Counted from the stretch's first letter, positions 32,678 through 43,528 are shown. The stretch is 64,000 bases of DNA from an uncultured delta proteobacterium (GCA_963699755.1 CAVOVB010000001.1:1536001-1600000); one strand, 5' to 3'. Numbers and translations are program-made. Notes: generated by a model from the sequence alone, not told the origin.

Positions 32678-32873
32678 GTATCGATGTCCTTTCGATCAAA
32701 GAAGCGGCGAGCTCCGATGCAAAGCCCACGCACCTGAGGCGCGACACGCCGATCAAACGTGCGCAGCCCTATCCGACAATACCTCGCCGCCTCGTGTCTT
32801 GTCAGCAGGGGCGAATCTGCCCTTGCAACCGCCGTGGGCTCATCTGTCTCTAGCGCCGGCCTCCGTACGGTCA

Positions 32874-33284
32874 CTAGAAAGGCCACCTAACCAGACCAGA
32901 GACCAAGGCCATGGCGAAGATGCCGAGCGCGGCAAGCCCCAACAGCCATAGCTGCGCACGGCGATCGAGTCGCGTCACGGCGACGCCGTAGAGACCCGCA
33001 AACCCGCGGACCCTCGCGTCGACGTCGCGAGACAGCTTCTCACCCACATGGTCGAGGTGGGCTGAAAGCATCCGGTCGAGCTCTCTCACGAGAGATGACG
33101 TCAATCGATCACCAAGGTTCTCGACCGTGCGCCGAAGCACGCATTCGTTGACGACCACCAAATCGAACAAAGGATCATCCTGAGGAATCAAGCGACCGCA
33201 TTCCTTGGCCACCTGCGCTGCGATATCCCTCTTGTCTTCATCCGTCAGCAGCGGCCGTCGGTTTCTAGGCTCGTTCGAGCGCAT
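32874..33284 (-). CDS. traM: IncP-type TraM-like protein
   Basis: DDPLFDLVVVN motif, C-terminal TM helix and position after traL. Confidence 0.65.
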   Translation of the reverse strand: MRSNEPRNRRPLLTDEDKRDIAAQVAKECGRLIPQDDPLFDLVVVNECVLRRTVENLGDRLTSSLVRELDRMLSAHLDHVGEKLSRDVDARVRGFAGLYGVAVTRLDRRAQLWLLGLAALGIFAMALVSGLVRWPF

Positions 33285-33984
33285 GTTCGATCTCCGTAAA
33301 CAGGTCTGTTCTCACAATCGAAAGCCGGGACTTGGCCGGCGTTCTGAAGTGATCGCTCGCGATCGCTTCGTCGAACGTCATGAACCGGCTGAGCATCTCC
33401 TGAACGTCTTCCTGAAACGTATGTCCCCGGCGAACCATGACCACGGGTCCGAGCAACCTGTCGGAGCACGTTTGCGTTAGCTCGCCGGCGCGCTCGACGT
33501 CGACGGGCCCGAAGTGTTCGTTCTGCCAGACGACAAGAGTCGAATCCTCGACCAAAAACTTCGCGACCGTGGCGAGCCCCGCCAGTGTCGAGGGGCCGTG
33601 CTGGCCGCCCGTGACTACGCAGTGAAGGAACGTCTGGCGGCCGGCGGCTTTCAACTGACGGACGGCATCCATTTCGAGGAGGTACTGAGCCAAAGGCTCG
33701 AAGCTGCCTTGGCCGTTGTCGACCACCACCGCTTTCTCCTCGTCTGCGAGCAGGATCTCGAGAAGCTCATCGAAGCGTCTACGATTGATTCGCCGGTCCT
33801 CATCAAGGAGATCGATGCGCTGGACGCGAAGTCCGGAATACCGAGACAAGGTCTTGTTCGACGCGTCGCACTCGACGCACAACGGATCGTCGGTTCGCGA
33901 TCGCAGGTACTGCGCGAGCCAAGACGCGACCAACGATTTTCCGATTCCACCTTTTGCCTGAATGACGCAATGAAACTCGCTCAT
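33265..33984 (-). CDS. traL: IncP-type TraL-like P-loop ATPase
   Basis: HCVIQAKGGIGKS..A..LAQY, VVDNGQGSFEPL, HCVVTGG and VVWQNE. Confidence 0.8.
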   Translation of the reverse strand: MSEFHCVIQAKGGIGKSLVASWLAQYLRSRTDDPLCVECDASNKTLSRYSGLRVQRIDLLDEDRRINRRRFDELLEILLADEEKAVVVDNGQGSFEPLAQYLLEMDAVRQLKAAGRQTFLHCVVTGGQHGPSTLAGLATVAKFLVEDSTLVVWQNEHFGPVDVERAGELTQTCSDRLLGPVVMVRRGHTFQEDVQEMLSRFMTFDEAIASDHFRTPAKSRLSIVRTDLFTEIEHALERA

Positions 33985-34027
33985 GGCCGACTCCTGTCGG
34001 CTGAGGCGAAATGCGAAGATGGCGTCT

Positions 34028-34381
34028 TCATTCGAGCTCCAGCTTGGGAAGCTTTCGGCGGAGGTTGTTCCTGACGTACTCAATACTGGGCGTGGGCACG
34101 GTGGACGCGCGCCTGGGGATATCGTTGATGTCTCGCTTGGTCAGAACTGCGGGCTCACCTGCGGGCTCGTTGAATCCGAGGCCATGTTTTCGGACCTGCC
34201 TGTAGAACGACGTGTAGCAACCTGGGTACGGCGGGCTGACACCGCGGTAGGCCCGCCATACTTCCTTGATGTGATACCCAAGGCGTAGATAGCCCTCGAT
34301 TGCATCTCGGTGACACGAGAAGTAGACGCGAGGTGGCGCACCTTGGAGTGCCTGCGGACCTGGTAGTGTTGCTCTAGCCAT
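34028..34381 (-). CDS. traK: TraK-like oriT-binding protein
   Basis: F...RDAIE..L.LGY..KEVW and YTSFYRQVRKH; first gene next to oriT. Confidence 0.65.
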   Translation of the reverse strand: MARATLPGPQALQGAPPRVYFSCHRDAIEGYLRLGYHIKEVWRAYRGVSPPYPGCYTSFYRQVRKHGLGFNEPAGEPAVLTKRDINDIPRRASTVPTPSIEYVRNNLRRKLPKLELE

Positions 34382-34624
34382 TTTCCCCCTACACCCTGTT
34401 ATCGGTTTTCCCCCCCCAAAATGTTGCGCGGGATCCGGTAAGCTAGGTCACAGGAACTTCAGTTTTTCGCCCTCGGCGATAGAAATCGACCTGTGCGTTG
34501 CGTGGTGTTGCACGTCCTTGCACGAAGTTGCGTGGCACGCGCCGCCGATTGCACGATCGATCCAATTGTTGCGCTCCGTTGCATACGGTTGCGCCAAATA
34601 CACCGATGTTGAAGCAGTTGGGCA

Positions 34625-34711
34625 GGGCAAGATGTGGGATTGTAAGACATCGCAGATGTCCCAATCCCTGCTTGCCGCGCTCAACGCCTTCGGCTTATTC
34701 GCGGCGGGGCT
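34625..34711 (-). other. oriT of element B
   Basis: Inverted homolog of 29724-29811 with the same nic sequence and IR GACATC-GCA-GATGTC. Confidence 0.75.
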
Positions 34712-34865
34712 TCAGGGAGAGCAAGGCCACGCATGTGCCAAGGGTGGCGGCCGCCAGCTTTCCGACGCCGTTCGCCACTTCACTTCACTTCAGCGCGATC
34801 TATGTGAAACACTTTGAAAACACAGGGGCGAACCACGGCACGCGTCTTGATGGCGCCCTGCGGTC

Positions 34866-35070
34866 GTGGAGCTTCACGCGGCGGCTGCGCGCGAGGCGAT
34901 TTCTCAGTCGTACGTGCGTCGCGTGCCGGAGCATGGGCTGCTGCACCGCGTCGTCCGCGAGCACCTTCAGGCCTTCCTTTGGGAGCTCGACCGACGTGAT
35001 CACGATCGCGGCGCCCCTTTGTTCGTGAAGCGCGAGTTTCAGCGATTCATTCGTTGCGGAGTGCTTGCCA
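34866..35070 (+). mobile_element. IS91-like transposase N-terminal fragment
   Basis: YVRRVPE..LLHRVVREHL..F...P.FVKREF..FIRCGVLA, truncated next to site copy 6. Confidence 0.75.
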
Positions 35071-35076
35071 GAAAGC

Positions 35077-35122
35077 GAGCCAAGGCATCGGGCTCATCGT
35101 AAACGCACAATTGCGGGGTACC
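35077..35122 (-). repeat. 46-bp site, copy 6 (right arm degenerate)
   Basis: Reverse complement GGTACCCCGCAATTGTGCGTTTA-CGATGAG-CCCGATG..., preceded by GCGACATAGC. Confidence 0.75.
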
Positions 35123-35318
35123 AGATGCTATGTCGCGCGGCGCGATGCATCGAGAAGGCCTTTGTCTTGCCTATCTGCCGAGCCCCAGGACGCCACTGCT
35201 CGTGTCTTACTCACGAAGCGACGATGAAGGGTTTTCATCATTTTCCCTTCTGCTAGGGTTCCCCCACGACGTGCCGCATGAGGCGCACACCCACTCTCGA
35301 AAAGGACAGATCCTTCAG

Positions 35319-36947
35319 ATGACCAAAACGACTCGGCTTCTTTGCTGCTCGCTGCTGGCGGTCGGCTTCGTGCTCTCGCCATGGGGGCCTTCACACGCAT
35401 CGGCCAAGAAAGCGAAGAAGGCGCAGCAACCGAACATCGTCGTGATCATGGGCGACGACATCGGCTGGTTCAACATTGGTGCGTACCACCGCGGCATCAT
35501 GAGCGGTAAGACACCGAACATCGATAGCCTGGCGCGCGACGGCATGATGTTCACCGACTACTACGCGGAGGCCAGCTGTACGGCCGGCCGTGCCAACTTC
35601 ATCACCGGCATGATTCCGATGCGGACTGGGATGACTACCGTCGGTCAAGCGGGCTCTCCGTTGGGCCTGCCTGCCGAGGCTCCGACGATTGCAACCGCCC
35701 TCAGGGAGATGGGCTATGCAACGGGCCAGTTCGGCAAGAACCACCTCGGTGACTTGAACCAATTCCTGCCGACGGCTCATGGCTTCGACGAGTTCTTCGG
35801 CTACCTCTATCACCTCGATGCCATGTCCGATCCGTACTGGCCCGGCTATCCCCAGGAGCTGCTCGGCGAGATCGGACCGCGGAACATGGTGCACTCGTGG
35901 GCGACCGACAGAGACGACCCACGCGTTCAGCCCCGGTGGGGCAAGGTCGGCAAACAGAAGATCAAGGATGCGGGTCCGCTACCGCCCAAGCGCATGGAGA
36001 CGGTGGACGACGAGATCCTGAAGCACACCTTGAGCTTCATGGAACGGGCCAAGAAAGACGGTAAGCCGTTCTTCGTTTGGCTGAACCCGACCCGGATGCA
36101 CATCTTCACGTTTCTCTCACCGAAGTACAAAGCGCTCGAGGGCAAAAACAACTACGGTCTTCAGGAAGCCGGCATGGCCCAGTTCGACGACATCGTCGGC
36201 GCGGTCATGAAGAAGCTCGAGGCGATGGGAGTCGCCAAGAACACGATCATTGCGGTGACCACCGACAACGGAACCGAGGTCTTCACCTGGCCGGACGGGG
36301 GTAACACACCCTTCAAGGGCGCCAAAGGTATGACGACCGACGGCGGGTTTCGGGCGCCGATGATCGTGCGTTGGCCAGAGCGCATTCCGGCCGGCAGGGT
36401 GGAGAACGGCATCATGTCCGGCATGGACTGGTTTCCAACGCTGGTCGCGGCGGCGGGGAACCCCAACATCGTCGAGGAGCTCAAGACGGGAAAGCAGTTG
36501 GGAGACCGCGAGTACAAGGTGCATCTCGATGGGTACGATCAAACCAACATGTTCACCGGCAAGGGGCCGAGCGCGCGAGAAGAGATCTGGTACTTCGGTG
36601 AGTCGACCCTCGGCGCTGTCCGACTTGGCGACTGGAAGTACACTTTCATCGACCAGCCCGACGGTTGGCCGGGCGCGAAGGTCAGACTGAACATGCCCCT
36701 GATTCACAACCTGCGTCGCGATCCGTTCGAGCGATATGCGGATCCCAACTTTGCGGTCGGGTCGCCCGACTGGTTCATGGAGTTCTACGCACGAGAGTTC
36801 TGGCGCTTTGTCTTCGTGCAGCGTCAGGTGGCCGAGCTTGCCAAGACGGCGATCGAGTTCCCGCCGATGCAAAAAGGCGCGTCCTTCAACTTGGATGCGG
36901 TGAAGGCTCAAATCCAAGAGGCCGTTCAAGCTCGTCACGGGCAGTAA
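35319..36947 (+). CDS. Arylsulfatase (Cys-type formylglycine motif)
   Basis: Signal peptide, PNIVVIMGDDIG, SCTAGR and FGKNHLG. Confidence 0.93.
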   Translation: MTKTTRLLCCSLLAVGFVLSPWGPSHASAKKAKKAQQPNIVVIMGDDIGWFNIGAYHRGIMSGKTPNIDSLARDGMMFTDYYAEASCTAGRANFITGMIPMRTGMTTVGQAGSPLGLPAEAPTIATALREMGYATGQFGKNHLGDLNQFLPTAHGFDEFFGYLYHLDAMSDPYWPGYPQELLGEIGPRNMVHSWATDRDDPRVQPRWGKVGKQKIKDAGPLPPKRMETVDDEILKHTLSFMERAKKDGKPFFVWLNPTRMHIFTFLSPKYKALEGKNNYGLQEAGMAQFDDIVGAVMKKLEAMGVAKNTIIAVTTDNGTEVFTWPDGGNTPFKGAKGMTTDGGFRAPMIVRWPERIPAGRVENGIMSGMDWFPTLVAAAGNPNIVEELKTGKQLGDREYKVHLDGYDQTNMFTGKGPSAREEIWYFGESTLGAVRLGDWKYTFIDQPDGWPGAKVRLNMPLIHNLRRDPFERYADPNFAVGSPDWFMEFYAREFWRFVFVQRQVAELAKTAIEFPPMQKGASFNLDAVKAQIQEAVQARHGQ

Positions 36948-37840
36948 AGGCCGAGGTGATTGGCTAGGGTGGTGCCCTCGCCTAAGACAGGGTTACAACG
37001 AGCGAGAAGCTGATGGATAGAATCCTGTTGGTTGCGGACAGCCTCTTTGTGTACGTCGGCAAAATAGTTCGGACAAGAGGGCACGTTGATTAAGAGACGG
37101 TTCATGGTTTTGGCCGAGGCCGCACGACCGAAGTCGCTACCGACGTCCGCGGGGTGCTTCCCCGGTTCGTGCAGGAGTTCCACCGATTGCTGGCGCTCAC
37201 CACCAAAGCGCTTCGCGGCGGGGCATCGAGGCGCGGCGACCGAAGCGGTCCGGCGAATGGAGCACATACGAAAGCCACGCACCGCTCAGGGTTAGCTTCG
37301 AGCTCGATGTTGTATGCGTGCGCATCCGCTAAGGATTGCGAGGATGGATTGGTCGATTTGGCGTGGCAAACCGCGTGGGCTCAAACGAGCCCGAAGTATA
37401 GAAGCCAGCTCGGGGAACCGTGAAAGCATCGGCCCTCGGCGGGGACCGGATAGCAACCATCGGTCGCCCTGCTGACTCCGCCGACGCAGAACTCGGTCAG
37501 CTCGCGGGGACTCGGACGCGCGTCGGTCGGTTCCGGCCAACGCGGGGCGCAATCCGGGTCGAGAAGCTGGCGGGCAAGGGTGCTCAGGTCGCGCATGTCT
37601 CATCCGTGTTCGGGCTGGGAAACTCTCAGTTGTTGACGACATCTTGATACCACCGTCCAAGTGATATGAGCCGCCAAGCAGTCGCATAGATCGCGCCAAA
37701 CCTCCCGATGGCCATGATGCCCCCCCATTCGCGGTTGCATCGGCGACGTCAATCAAATAGGAGTCCCATAGCGTGGCTTGGAGAAGCGCCGCGCGGGCCC
37801 GACCGTTCGGGCCGAAGGTGACCCCCAAGGAGTTGAAGGC

Positions 37841-38383
37841 ATGCAGAACATCGGAATGAAATCGTTAGCGCTTGGCGCCTTGTTGCTCTTCGGATGCGCG
37901 GGGCAGATTCAAACCAACACGACCTACGACAACTCCGCGGACTTCGCGGCCTACAGAACGTTCGCCCAGGCACCGGCGCCGACGTACGCGTCAGACATGC
38001 CGGGTTACAGCGAAATCACGGGACGCGATATTCAGGGACAGATCGCGAACAACCTTCAGCAAAAAGGATTGCAGCCCGCGAGCTGGGATGAGGCCGACCT
38101 CCAGGTGAGCTTCACCCTCGGCGGCCAGCCGCGACAGCAGACCGAGTATTGGGGCGGATGGGGCTGGTACGGCGGGTACGGCCCAGGGGAGATGGAGACC
38201 GAAAACTACGTCCAGGGTAGCCTCGTCATCGACATGGCCGATCGCGCGAAGAAGCGGCTCGTGTGGCACGGATTCGGTACTGAAAATCTCTTCTCGGAGA
38301 CCGCAAGCGCCGAAACCATAGCGCGCGCGGTCGATGCCGTTCTCGCCAAGTATCCGCCGTCCGGGGCAGCGAGCTCGAAGTAG
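37841..38383 (+). CDS. DUF4136 lipoprotein
   Basis: Lipobox LFGC, YD..ADFAAYRTF and GSLVIDMAD...LVWHG. Confidence 0.8.
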   Translation: MQNIGMKSLALGALLLFGCAGQIQTNTTYDNSADFAAYRTFAQAPAPTYASDMPGYSEITGRDIQGQIANNLQQKGLQPASWDEADLQVSFTLGGQPRQQTEYWGGWGWYGGYGPGEMETENYVQGSLVIDMADRAKKRLVWHGFGTENLFSETASAETIARAVDAVLAKYPPSGAASSK

Positions 38384-38410
38384 ATCGACCGCGGCGCGGC
38401 TCACTGGCCG

Positions 38411-39808
38411 TCAGCAAATCTTATGCGCCTTGCCCGATTTCTTCTGTTCGGCCGGTTTGTAGCCCGGCTGCGATTCAAAGTGGGCAATGGCCGCCTTCAG
38501 GTCGGTCAAGAGCATGTCCGCCATATCTCGACTGAAGCCCTCTCGAATGACGATCCGTAGCACGGCAAGGTCGTCGACTTTCGGGGGCATCGTATACGCA
38601 GGCACTTGCCAGCCGTGCTCGCGGAGCTTGTCCGATAGATCGTAGACCGTGTAGTTGCTCGAATCCTTGAGGGCGAAGGCGAAGACAGGAATCGTATCGC
38701 CGCGGCTCAGCAGGTCGAAGCGTCCGGTGTTCTCGATTGCAGACGAAAGGTGTGTCGCGATATCCCGCATCTGCTCGAAGGCGCGTTTGTACCCCGCGCG
38801 ACCCAGGCGGATGAAGTTGTAGTACTGCGCGACGACCTGATTGCCCGGTCGTGAGAAATTGAGAGTGAACGTCGGCATGTCGCCGCCCAGGTAGTTGACA
38901 TGAAAAATCAGGTCTTGAGGGAGATCTTCATGTGAGCGCCAGGCCACCCAGCCGATGCCAGGATAGACGAGCCCGTACTTGTGACCCGACACATTGATCG
39001 ACTTCACGAGTGGCAAACGAAAGTCCCACTTCAGCTCGGGATTCAGGAACGGGGCCACGAAACCACCGCTGGCCGCGTCGACGTGCATCGGAATGTCGTG
39101 GCCTGTCTTCGCGTTGTGCTCGACCAGCGCATCGTGAATGGCTTCGACGGGCTCGAAGGCACCGGTGTATGTGACGCCGAGAATCGGAATCACCCCGATC
39201 GTATTTTCATCGACGGCATCGAGCACGCCCTGGGGCGTGATCGTGTACTGGTTGGGCTCCATCTCGATGTAGCGGGGCTCTACGTCCCAGTACCGGGCAA
39301 ACTTTTCCCAAACGACCTGTACGTTGTTGCCCATCACGATGTTGGGCTTGTCCGTCGGCTTCCCTTTGGCCTTCATGCGTTCGCGCCATTTCCACTTTAG
39401 CGCCATGCCCGCGAGCATGACCGCCTCCGAAGAGCCGATGGCGGAGGCGCCTACGCCCGTCTCGGGCGCGTTGAAGAGCCGCGATACGATGTTGATGCAG
39501 CGTTCCTCGATCATGGCCGTGTAAGGATACTCGTCCTTGTCGATCATGTTCTTGTCGAAGCACTCCGCCATCAGCTTCTCGGCTTGCGGCTCCATCCAAG
39601 TCGTCACGAACGTTGCCAGGTTCAGGCGCGCGTTGCCATCCAACATCAGCTCGTCGTGGATCAGGCTGTAGGCGACGTCGGGGTCGAGCTCTCCTTCCGG
39701 CAGCTCGAACTTGGGGACTCGTTGAGCCATCGCGTTGCGCGCGTAAATGGGAGTTAGCTCTTTGTCGTGATCCGAGAGCTCGCTGAGTTTCTTCTGCCTG
39801 GTGACCAT
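38411..39808 (-). CDS. gadB: Glutamate decarboxylase
   Basis: DGNARLNLATFVTTWME, NMIDKDEYP, HVDAASGG and SGHKYG (PLP lysine). Confidence 0.93.
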   Translation of the reverse strand: MVTRQKKLSELSDHDKELTPIYARNAMAQRVPKFELPEGELDPDVAYSLIHDELMLDGNARLNLATFVTTWMEPQAEKLMAECFDKNMIDKDEYPYTAMIEERCINIVSRLFNAPETGVGASAIGSSEAVMLAGMALKWKWRERMKAKGKPTDKPNIVMGNNVQVVWEKFARYWDVEPRYIEMEPNQYTITPQGVLDAVDENTIGVIPILGVTYTGAFEPVEAIHDALVEHNAKTGHDIPMHVDAASGGFVAPFLNPELKWDFRLPLVKSINVSGHKYGLVYPGIGWVAWRSHEDLPQDLIFHVNYLGGDMPTFTLNFSRPGNQVVAQYYNFIRLGRAGYKRAFEQMRDIATHLSSAIENTGRFDLLSRGDTIPVFAFALKDSSNYTVYDLSDKLREHGWQVPAYTMPPKVDDLAVLRIVIREGFSRDMADMLLTDLKAAIAHFESQPGYKPAEQKKSGKAHKIC

Positions 39809-39861
39809 GATTGGGTAGTCCTTTCGTGGGATCCGTGAGCGAGCAACGTGACTGCGCCGCT

Positions 39862-40737
39862 CTAGGGAGCCTGCGTGGCAGAATGTGACGTCATTTCCGG
39901 GAGTAGCAAGTAACCACCGACGAAGAAGCAGATGGCTCCGACGAACGTCCACAAATTAGAGGCGTACGCGCTCAGGAGCTCGCCGGTTTGGACGATGACG
40001 ACGGAAGCCACGGCAGATACGCCAAAGGCAACCGAGCCTAGGAGATTGATGATGGCCACCCACCAGGAGATGTTTCGAGATTGCCAACCAATCCAACGAT
40101 GGCAAATCTCCGCGTACGCGAGGTAGCTAGCGGCCAGAAAGCAGATCGAGCCGATTGCATCGGGTGCCCAGACGAAGCGGTCTTGGTCGATTGGGCTCAG
40201 CGTCTGCATTGCCTCGAAGGTGTTCATGTTGAACAGAAGCGTGCCGAGCAGTTGCACGACGACCGCCCACCAACCGATCTTGTGTGGTTCCCAGCGCCAC
40301 AGGGAGATGGACGGACGCTTCTTGCTCAAGGCTTCGGGCTCGTTGATGACTTCGAGCAGTTGAAGATACGCGGCGCTCGTGAAGAAGAGCGACCCTGCGA
40401 AGAAGAGCGAGCCGCTGCCGCCCGCCCAGCTCGTTCGAAGCAGTGTGCCGGCCGAGCCGACTGCGAAAAGCGCCGCCCCGATCATGAAAAGGACGGCAAT
40501 CCACCAGGCGAGGCTTCCCGGGCTGATCGGAAGGAGATGACGGGGCCGCGACCGCGAAAAGAGATGTACGGGCTCTGGGTCCAGCCCCTTGCGGTTGCGC
40601 CTCGAGCTCCAGACCAGTCGCTGGCCGCTCGGATCTTCGAAAAGCACGGCCGAGCTGAAGCGTCCGAGGCCTCTTCGTTCGACGATGGTCGGCTCGGAGG
40701 TAGAGTCCTTGTGTTCGCCTCTTTCGACCCCCGACAT
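39862..40737 (-). CDS. YrhK-like multi-TM membrane protein
   Basis: Repeated F..GS..F helices and GSICFL. Confidence 0.6.
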   Translation of the reverse strand: MSGVERGEHKDSTSEPTIVERRGLGRFSSAVLFEDPSGQRLVWSSRRNRKGLDPEPVHLFSRSRPRHLLPISPGSLAWWIAVLFMIGAALFAVGSAGTLLRTSWAGGSGSLFFAGSLFFTSAAYLQLLEVINEPEALSKKRPSISLWRWEPHKIGWWAVVVQLLGTLLFNMNTFEAMQTLSPIDQDRFVWAPDAIGSICFLAASYLAYAEICHRWIGWQSRNISWWVAIINLLGSVAFGVSAVASVVIVQTGELLSAYASNLWTFVGAICFFVGGYLLLPEMTSHSATQAP

Positions 40738-40790
40738 ACCCAGTTCCTTCTTGCATTTTCGATTTCGGACATGGGAGCGTCCGGCCCAGC

Positions 40791-42155
40791 ATGAACCGAA
40801 CCCTAGCAGGATTGCGGTGCCTCGCCGTCGCCGTTGTGGTCACGTTTGCTGGCGCCTGGACCGCCGCGCGCGCTTGTCCACCGCAAGCTCCCACCAGCGT
40901 CCCCTGTAGCGAGACACAGAGCCTGCTTCGCGATCCGCCACGAATCATCGGCGACGCCTGGCGCAACGGGCGAGCCGAGGTCGACGTAGGGCAGGGGATG
41001 CTCGGCCAGGTCTCACCTGAAGCGATCGACTGGCTTGCACAGCACGGCATCCAGCCTTTCGGCTGGTATATGATCGCCTTGCAGGGCAATCCACTGGGCG
41101 GTCAAGCGCAGGCGTTTCGCTATACGGGGCTTATGGATTTCGGCATCGACCTCGACATGGAAACCATGGCTCAGATCAAGGGCTTCTGGGTGCACGTTTC
41201 GGGATCATGGACGAGCGGGCTCGACCTGACGCAGGACGTCGGCGCGTTCGCTCCGGTGAACGCCGTGTTCAGCGGCGATACGATTCGACTGTTCGAGATG
41301 TACCTAGAGGAGCGCCTGCTCGGTGACCGACTGTCGATCCGCGTAGGGAGGCTCTCTGTGGGCTGGGAATACGGCCTCGAGTACAACTACTTCACCCAGT
41401 ACTTGAGCGCAGCCTTTCGCTTGAACGTCTTTGCGCTCGATCCGGCCACCGTGAACTTCACTGTCATCCCGTTTGCGAACTGGGGCGTTCGCCTGCGCTG
41501 GACCCCCAACGAAAACTGGCGCCTGCAGGCGTCCTGGATGAACGGCTTCCCGAGGGATTTCACCGACGACGACAAGCATGGCGTCGACTTCACGTTCAAG
41601 CCGAGGCAAGGGTCGTTCTTCATTGTCGAGGCAAGCTACCAGTGGGTTCCCACGACTGCGCAGCGCCATCAAAACCCAGACCGACTCCCCGGCCGAATCA
41701 CGTTCGGTGGCTTCTACGACACCGGTTCATTCGAGACGCTCGATGGCTCGGGCAATCAGAACAAGGTGCTCGGAAAGGCCTATTTGATCGTACGCCAGAA
41801 GCTCTGGGAGCCGACGTTCGCCGACGAACGGGGCATCGACGTCTGGACGGCGGTGACTGTCGGCGGGAAGCAGAGCATCGTCCCTATCACTTACTTTTGG
41901 AGCGGCGGCCTGGTTTGGAAGGGCCCGTTTCGGCGACTCCGCGAAGATGTGCTGGCGCTTGGTTTCGCCAGTGAGTTCTTCAGCGCCGCGCTACTCGACC
42001 AAACGGTCGAGACTGTGGTCGAGGCCGCGTATTCGTTCAACGTGACCAGCTGGCTCACGATCACGCCCGACGTCCAGTACATCATCCGCCCGAGCGGCAT
42101 GCGAAGCATCGAGAACGCTTTGCTGGCCGGGGTGCTGATCTATTTGACGTTCTGA
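40791..42155 (+). CDS. Carbohydrate porin, OprB family
   Basis: GNPLGG and TITPDVQYIIRPSG; terminal Phe. Confidence 0.85.
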   Translation: MNRTLAGLRCLAVAVVVTFAGAWTAARACPPQAPTSVPCSETQSLLRDPPRIIGDAWRNGRAEVDVGQGMLGQVSPEAIDWLAQHGIQPFGWYMIALQGNPLGGQAQAFRYTGLMDFGIDLDMETMAQIKGFWVHVSGSWTSGLDLTQDVGAFAPVNAVFSGDTIRLFEMYLEERLLGDRLSIRVGRLSVGWEYGLEYNYFTQYLSAAFRLNVFALDPATVNFTVIPFANWGVRLRWTPNENWRLQASWMNGFPRDFTDDDKHGVDFTFKPRQGSFFIVEASYQWVPTTAQRHQNPDRLPGRITFGGFYDTGSFETLDGSGNQNKVLGKAYLIVRQKLWEPTFADERGIDVWTAVTVGGKQSIVPITYFWSGGLVWKGPFRRLREDVLALGFASEFFSAALLDQTVETVVEAAYSFNVTSWLTITPDVQYIIRPSGMRSIENALLAGVLIYLTF

Positions 42156-42388
42156 CGTGCGTGCCGGGTCACGCGCTCAGTCTGTCCAGCGCTCGGACTC
42201 TGGCTGGTAGTTCAAGTCGATGTACGTCGACACGGGCTGCGAAGTCTGCGTATCGAGCGGCCGCGAGACCACATCGCCGACTCGTTGCTCGATGCACCGG
42301 CGGTCGTTGGCGCAAAGGCCGCGCCCGCCGGCGCCCAACTCGCCGTTCTTCGGTTCCCTGCGGTCACATCCAATTAGGCCACCGTGCC

Positions 42389-43114
42389 TCAGCCCGCGCC
42401 GCCGCCTGCGCCGCCTGCGCCGCCTGCGCCGCCTGCGCCGCCAGCGCCGTCGTCGCAGAGTCCGATGCCCTGGTAGAGCGCGCGGAGTGCTTCTTCTCGC
42501 GTCCGGAGCTCACGCGTATCGGGGAACAGCTGCTGGCTGTTGGCCTCATCGAGCACGGCTTGGAGGTCGGTATCCGTGCTGAACTCCGCCCAGGTCTGAT
42601 CGATGTCGATGCTCACGCCATCGAAGAGGGCCGCTGTCTCGGAGCTGATGTCGATCTCGGTCGTAGGATCTCCGTCCGTGTCCATGGTCTGGAGAAGGAC
42701 TGCGAGGTTGTGGACGATTTGAAAGTCGCCGCCGTCGTCGGGCAGTGTGCCGTCGACGTCACATCCGCCGACCGGCTCTTCCGTGACGCCAGCGATATCA
42801 AAAGGCGTGACTCTGGCTTGGGCAGCGCTTTGTCCAAGTGCGGTGTCGCCGAGGGAGAAGGTCATTGTCGCTTCTGGCATGTAGTAGCTGAAGCGCCCCG
42901 GGTCCCCGTTCTCGCCCGTGACGCCGGTTCGAACGGTGCCGTCTTCGGTCTGAGTCGAGTAGGCCACTCCGGAAACGAGGTTATCGTAGTAGTACCCCGT
43001 GTCGTAGACCGGCACGCAAACGCCGTCGACGCATTCTTCGTCGCAGGCGAGCACTTGGGTGGCTGCGCCCAAGACGCAGAGAAGAAGAAAAGCTCTGTTT
43101 GTGTTGTTCGACAT
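42389..43114 (-). CDS. Secreted acidic protein/lipoprotein
   Basis: Signal peptide, VSGVAY, NLAVLLQTMD.DGDP and a GAG-repeat tail. Confidence 0.65.
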   Translation of the reverse strand: MSNNTNRAFLLLCVLGAATQVLACDEECVDGVCVPVYDTGYYYDNLVSGVAYSTQTEDGTVRTGVTGENGDPGRFSYYMPEATMTFSLGDTALGQSAAQARVTPFDIAGVTEEPVGGCDVDGTLPDDGGDFQIVHNLAVLLQTMDTDGDPTTEIDISSETAALFDGVSIDIDQTWAEFSTDTDLQAVLDEANSQQLFPDTRELRTREEALRALYQGIGLCDDGAGGAGGAGGAGGAGGGAG

Positions 43115-43294
43115 ATCTCTCCCCAGAAGTAGTGGTCCGGACATCGGAGCCACGTGGCGCGAGATTTATGCCCGCGCATGGTGCTCGTCAAGCGACTTTG
43201 AGGAGGTCGCCGGGGGCTGAACACCCGCGCCAGTGGGGCCGCGTTCGGCGGTCGATTGACCGGCTTGATTCCGTCCTCTACTAGACCGTTCTGA

Positions 43295-43528
43295 ATGAAG
43301 GAGATGCCCATGAATCGAATGTTGGTTGTTGCGGGGTTGTGGCTGTTGGGACTTGCCAGCGCCTGCGGTACGCCGCAGGAAGTCGCTAACATGGAGGCAG
43401 AGGAGGAGATGGAGGAGACCTCGGGTGACGAGCGAATGATGGTCCAGTCCGAAGAGGGAGAGGGCTACTTGATGCCGCCGAACGCCGAAGAGGACATCGA
43501 GATGCAAACCGAGCCGTACCCCGAATAG
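43295..43528 (+). CDS. Small acidic lipoprotein
   Basis: Lipobox ASAC; AAGGAG before the downstream ATGs. Confidence 0.55.
   Translation: MKEMPMNRMLVVAGLWLLGLASACGTPQEVANMEAEEEMEETSGDERMMVQSEEGEGYLMPPNAEEDIEMQTEPYPE

Noticed and set aside
36950..37780. Short ORFs between the sulfatase and the DUF4136 gene
   Set aside because: No recognisable motif or consistent frame; probably gene debris.
42399..42446. 9-bp tandem repeat GCCGCCTGC
   Set aside because: It simply encodes a Gly-Ala-Gly tail, a common low-complexity linker.
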